From Thermoanaerobaculia bacterium (lineage in GTDB: Bacteria > Acidobacteriota > Thermoanaerobaculia > UBA5066), in NCBI GenBank assembly GCA_038245905.1, contig JBBRRY010000002.1, forward strand, positions 160,001 through 224,000: a stretch of 64,000 nucleotides of DNA, written 5' to 3'. Of this stretch, positions 61,813 through 64,000 are shown one piece after another; within the stretch, counting starts at the first letter, position 1, and the number at the start of each line of letters is the position of its first letter. The notes under the pieces are model-generated. The model was not told where the DNA came from. It did no database searches and saw only the letters and a program-made list of their open reading frames with translations. The position numbers were made by a program, and so were the translations under genes.

Positions 61813-64000
61813 GCCGATCCCACGAGGAACGAGCCCGGCGCGCCGGGCAGCGCCGCGAGAACCCTTGGGTGCGCAAGGTCGAGGAGGACGCGCGCCACGC
61901 GCTCCGAGACCCCTTGCCCGTCGGCTCCGAGTCCGGCGAACGCCCTCGGAATCCGGAAGGCGTCCGGGCCCGACGCGAAGAGATCGCCCCCTTTCAGCGC
62001 CGCGACGACCCGTTCCGGATCGAGACCGTGTTCTTTCTCGAGCGTCGCGGCCAGCTCGTCGCCGCGCCGTTGAACGGCCTTGACGCCAAGAGTGCGCGCG
62101 AGGAGCCGGAGCCGCGCGATCTCGAGAAGCCTCTCGAAGGCCGGGGGCGGCGTGCCGTACCGGTCGGCGGCCGTCGCCGCTTCGCGGAGGAGCGTTTCCG
62201 CGTCGGAGGCGGCCGCGATCTTCTTGTAGAGCGCCATGCGGAGGCTCTCCTCCGGGATCCACGCGGACGGAAGGGCAAGGGGGATGCCGAGCTGAAGCGT
62301 CACGTCGCGCGTCTCGGGCACCGGCTCACCCTTGATCGCGGCCATCGCCTCCTCGAGCAGATTCACATAGGTTTCGAACCCGACGGATTCGATGTGGCCC
62401 GACTGCTCGCCGCCGAGAAGGTTTCCGGCGCCCCGGATCTCCAGGTCCTTTGCCGCGATGCGAAAGCCCGCGCCGAGATCCGAGAACTCCTGGATCGCCC
62501 GGAGGCGCCGGCGCGCGTCGTCCGACAGCGGCATGCCGGGCGGCACCAACAGCCAGCAGGAGGCGGCCTTGTCACTCCGGCCAACGCGCCCGCGCAGCTG
62601 ATAGAGCTGCGAGAGGCCGTACAGGTCCGCGCGGTCGATGAGCATCGTGTTCGCGGATGGGATGTCGAGTCCGTTCTCGACGATCGTCGTCGCGAGGAGG
62701 ACGTCGGCCGCGCGCGTCACGAACGCGCGCATCGCGCGCTCGAGCTCGCCTTCCGACATCTGCCCGTGCGCCGTCACGACGCGGACGTCCGGAACGAGGG
62801 ACGCCAGCTTCTCGCGCCAGAAACCCAGCGAGTCGATGCGGTTGTGGACGACGAATACCTGCCCGCCGCGGTCCACCTCGGCGCGGATCGCGTCGCGGAT
62901 GACGTCGTCGTTCACGGGCACGACGTGCGTCGCGATCGCAAGCCGGTCCTTCGGAGGCGTCTCGATGACGGAGAGGTCGCGGATGCCGGCAAGAGAGAGG
63001 TGGAGCGACCGGGGGATCGGCGTCGCCGACATCGAGAGGACGTCGACCGACGCGCGCCATCCCTTGATGCGCTCTTTCTGCGCGACACCGAAGCGTTGCT
63101 CCTCGTCTACCACGAGGAGGCCGAGGTCCTTGAACGCGACGTCCTTGCTGAGCAGGCGGTGCGTTCCCACGACGACATCGAGCGTTCCCTCGGCGAGGCG
63201 CCGGAGCAGCTCCTTCTGGTCGTCCTTTCCGCGGAAGCGCGACAGGATGTCGATGGAGACGGGAAATGCCGCGAACCTCCGCTTCAACGTCCGGAAATGC
63301 TGGTCCGCGAGAATCGTCGTCGGCGCGAGGAGGGCGGCCTGCTTGCCGTCCAGCACGCACTTGAACATCGCGCGCATCCCGACCTCGGTCTTCCCGTAAC
63401 CGACGTCGCCGCACAGGAGCCGGTCCATCGGCTTGTCGGACTCCATGTCCCGTTTCACGTCCCGGATGGCAGCAGCCTGGTCAGGCGTCTCTGTGTACTC
63501 GAACGCTTCCTCGAACTCTTTCTGCCACGGCGAGTCCTTCGAGAACGCGTGGCCCGGTGCGGCCGCGCGCCTGGCGTAGAGCTTCAGGAGCTGGTCGGCG
63601 ATGTCCTTGACGGCCTTCCGCACCGACGATTTCCGCCTCTCCCAGCCGAGGCCGCCCAGCTTGTCGAGCGCGGGCAGAGCTCCTTCCCCCGCCGACGCGT
63701 ATTTCTGGATCAGGTCCAGCCGTTCGACGGGCACCAGCAGCTTCGCGTCTCCCGCGTAGCGGAGGTCCACCATCTCGCGCACGAGGCCCGCGTCCTCGAT
63801 GCGCGCGAGGCCCGCGAACATCCCGAGGCCGTAGTCGCGATGTACGACAACGTCCCCGACCCTGAGGTCGCGGAGGTCCGACAGGAACGCCTCCGACGCG
63901 GACCTCCGGCGCGGCGCCGAGGAGCGGGGCTCGCCGAAGAGGTCCGTCGCCGTCAGGAGCAGAACCCCCGCAGGCCGGAAGAGGAACCCCGAGCGCGGTC
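61809..64000 (-). CDS. mfd: Transcription-repair coupling factor (5' end outside the window)
   Basis: GDVGYGKTE, DEEQRFG, SATPIPR and QLRGRVGR motifs; TRCF domain. Confidence 0.96.
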   Translation of the reverse strand, partial: PRSGFLFRPAGVLLLTATDLFGEPRSSAPRRRSASEAFLSDLRDLRVGDVVVHRDYGLGMFAGLARIEDAGLVREMVDLRYAGDAKLLVPVERLDLIQKYASAGEGALPALDKLGGLGWERRKSSVRKAVKDIADQLLKLYARRAAAPGHAFSKDSPWQKEFEEAFEYTETPDQAAAIRDVKRDMESDKPMDRLLCGDVGYGKTEVGMRAMFKCVLDGKQAALLAPTTILADQHFRTLKRRFAAFPVSIDILSRFRGKDDQKELLRRLAEGTLDVVVGTHRLLSKDVAFKDLGLLVVDEEQRFGVAQKERIKGWRASVDVLSMSATPIPRSLHLSLAGIRDLSVIETPPKDRLAIATHVVPVNDDVIRDAIRAEVDRGGQVFVVHNRIDSLGFWREKLASLVPDVRVVTAHGQMSEGELERAMRAFVTRAADVLLATTIVENGLDIPSANTMLIDRADLYGLSQLYQLRGRVGRSDKAASCWLLVPPGMPLSDDARRRLRAIQEFSDLGAGFRIAAKDLEIRGAGNLLGGEQSGHIESVGFETYVNLLEEAMAAIKGEPVPETRDVTLQLGIPLALPSAWIPEESLRMALYKKIAAASDAETLLREAATAADRYGTPPPAFERLLEIARLRLLARTLGVKAVQRRGDELAATLEKEHGLDPERVVAALKGGDLFASGPDAFRIPRAFAGLGADGQGVSERVARVLLDLAHPRVLAALPGAPGSFLVGSA

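Overview
High-GC chromosomal window. Gene content (mglBA after dnaX-recR, two PPIases after mfd, many TonB/OMP-type proteins) suggests an Acidobacteriota-like organism; this is inference only. The left arm is a stable-RNA and replication backbone (tRNA-Arg, tadA, two tRNA-Ser, ffs, dnaX, recR, mglBA). It is interrupted by accessory DNA: two divergent toxin-antitoxin pairs, two GH57 genes, a radical SAM gene, and a 5.2-kb tRNA-Arg islet with an att-like repeat and a decayed yciI/ECF pair. The middle holds metabolic and transport genes (ABC exporter, malic enzyme, ychF, tRNA-Glu, PFOR, DHODH-like, MscS, PP2C, Hsp70-like, TonB receptor). The right arm is a dcw cluster lacking murF, followed by rnd, two PPIases and partial mfd. 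Two observations stand out. First, a dispersed AT-rich 20-bp motif (consensus ATTTCTTNGAAGGGGAAGAG) sits in in-frame low-complexity stretches of dnaX, murC and murE, read in different frames and strands, and also upstream of a tRNA. Second, a SurA-type PPIase is fused to an outer-membrane beta-barrel. All calls come from reading the sequence by eye; no searches were run.
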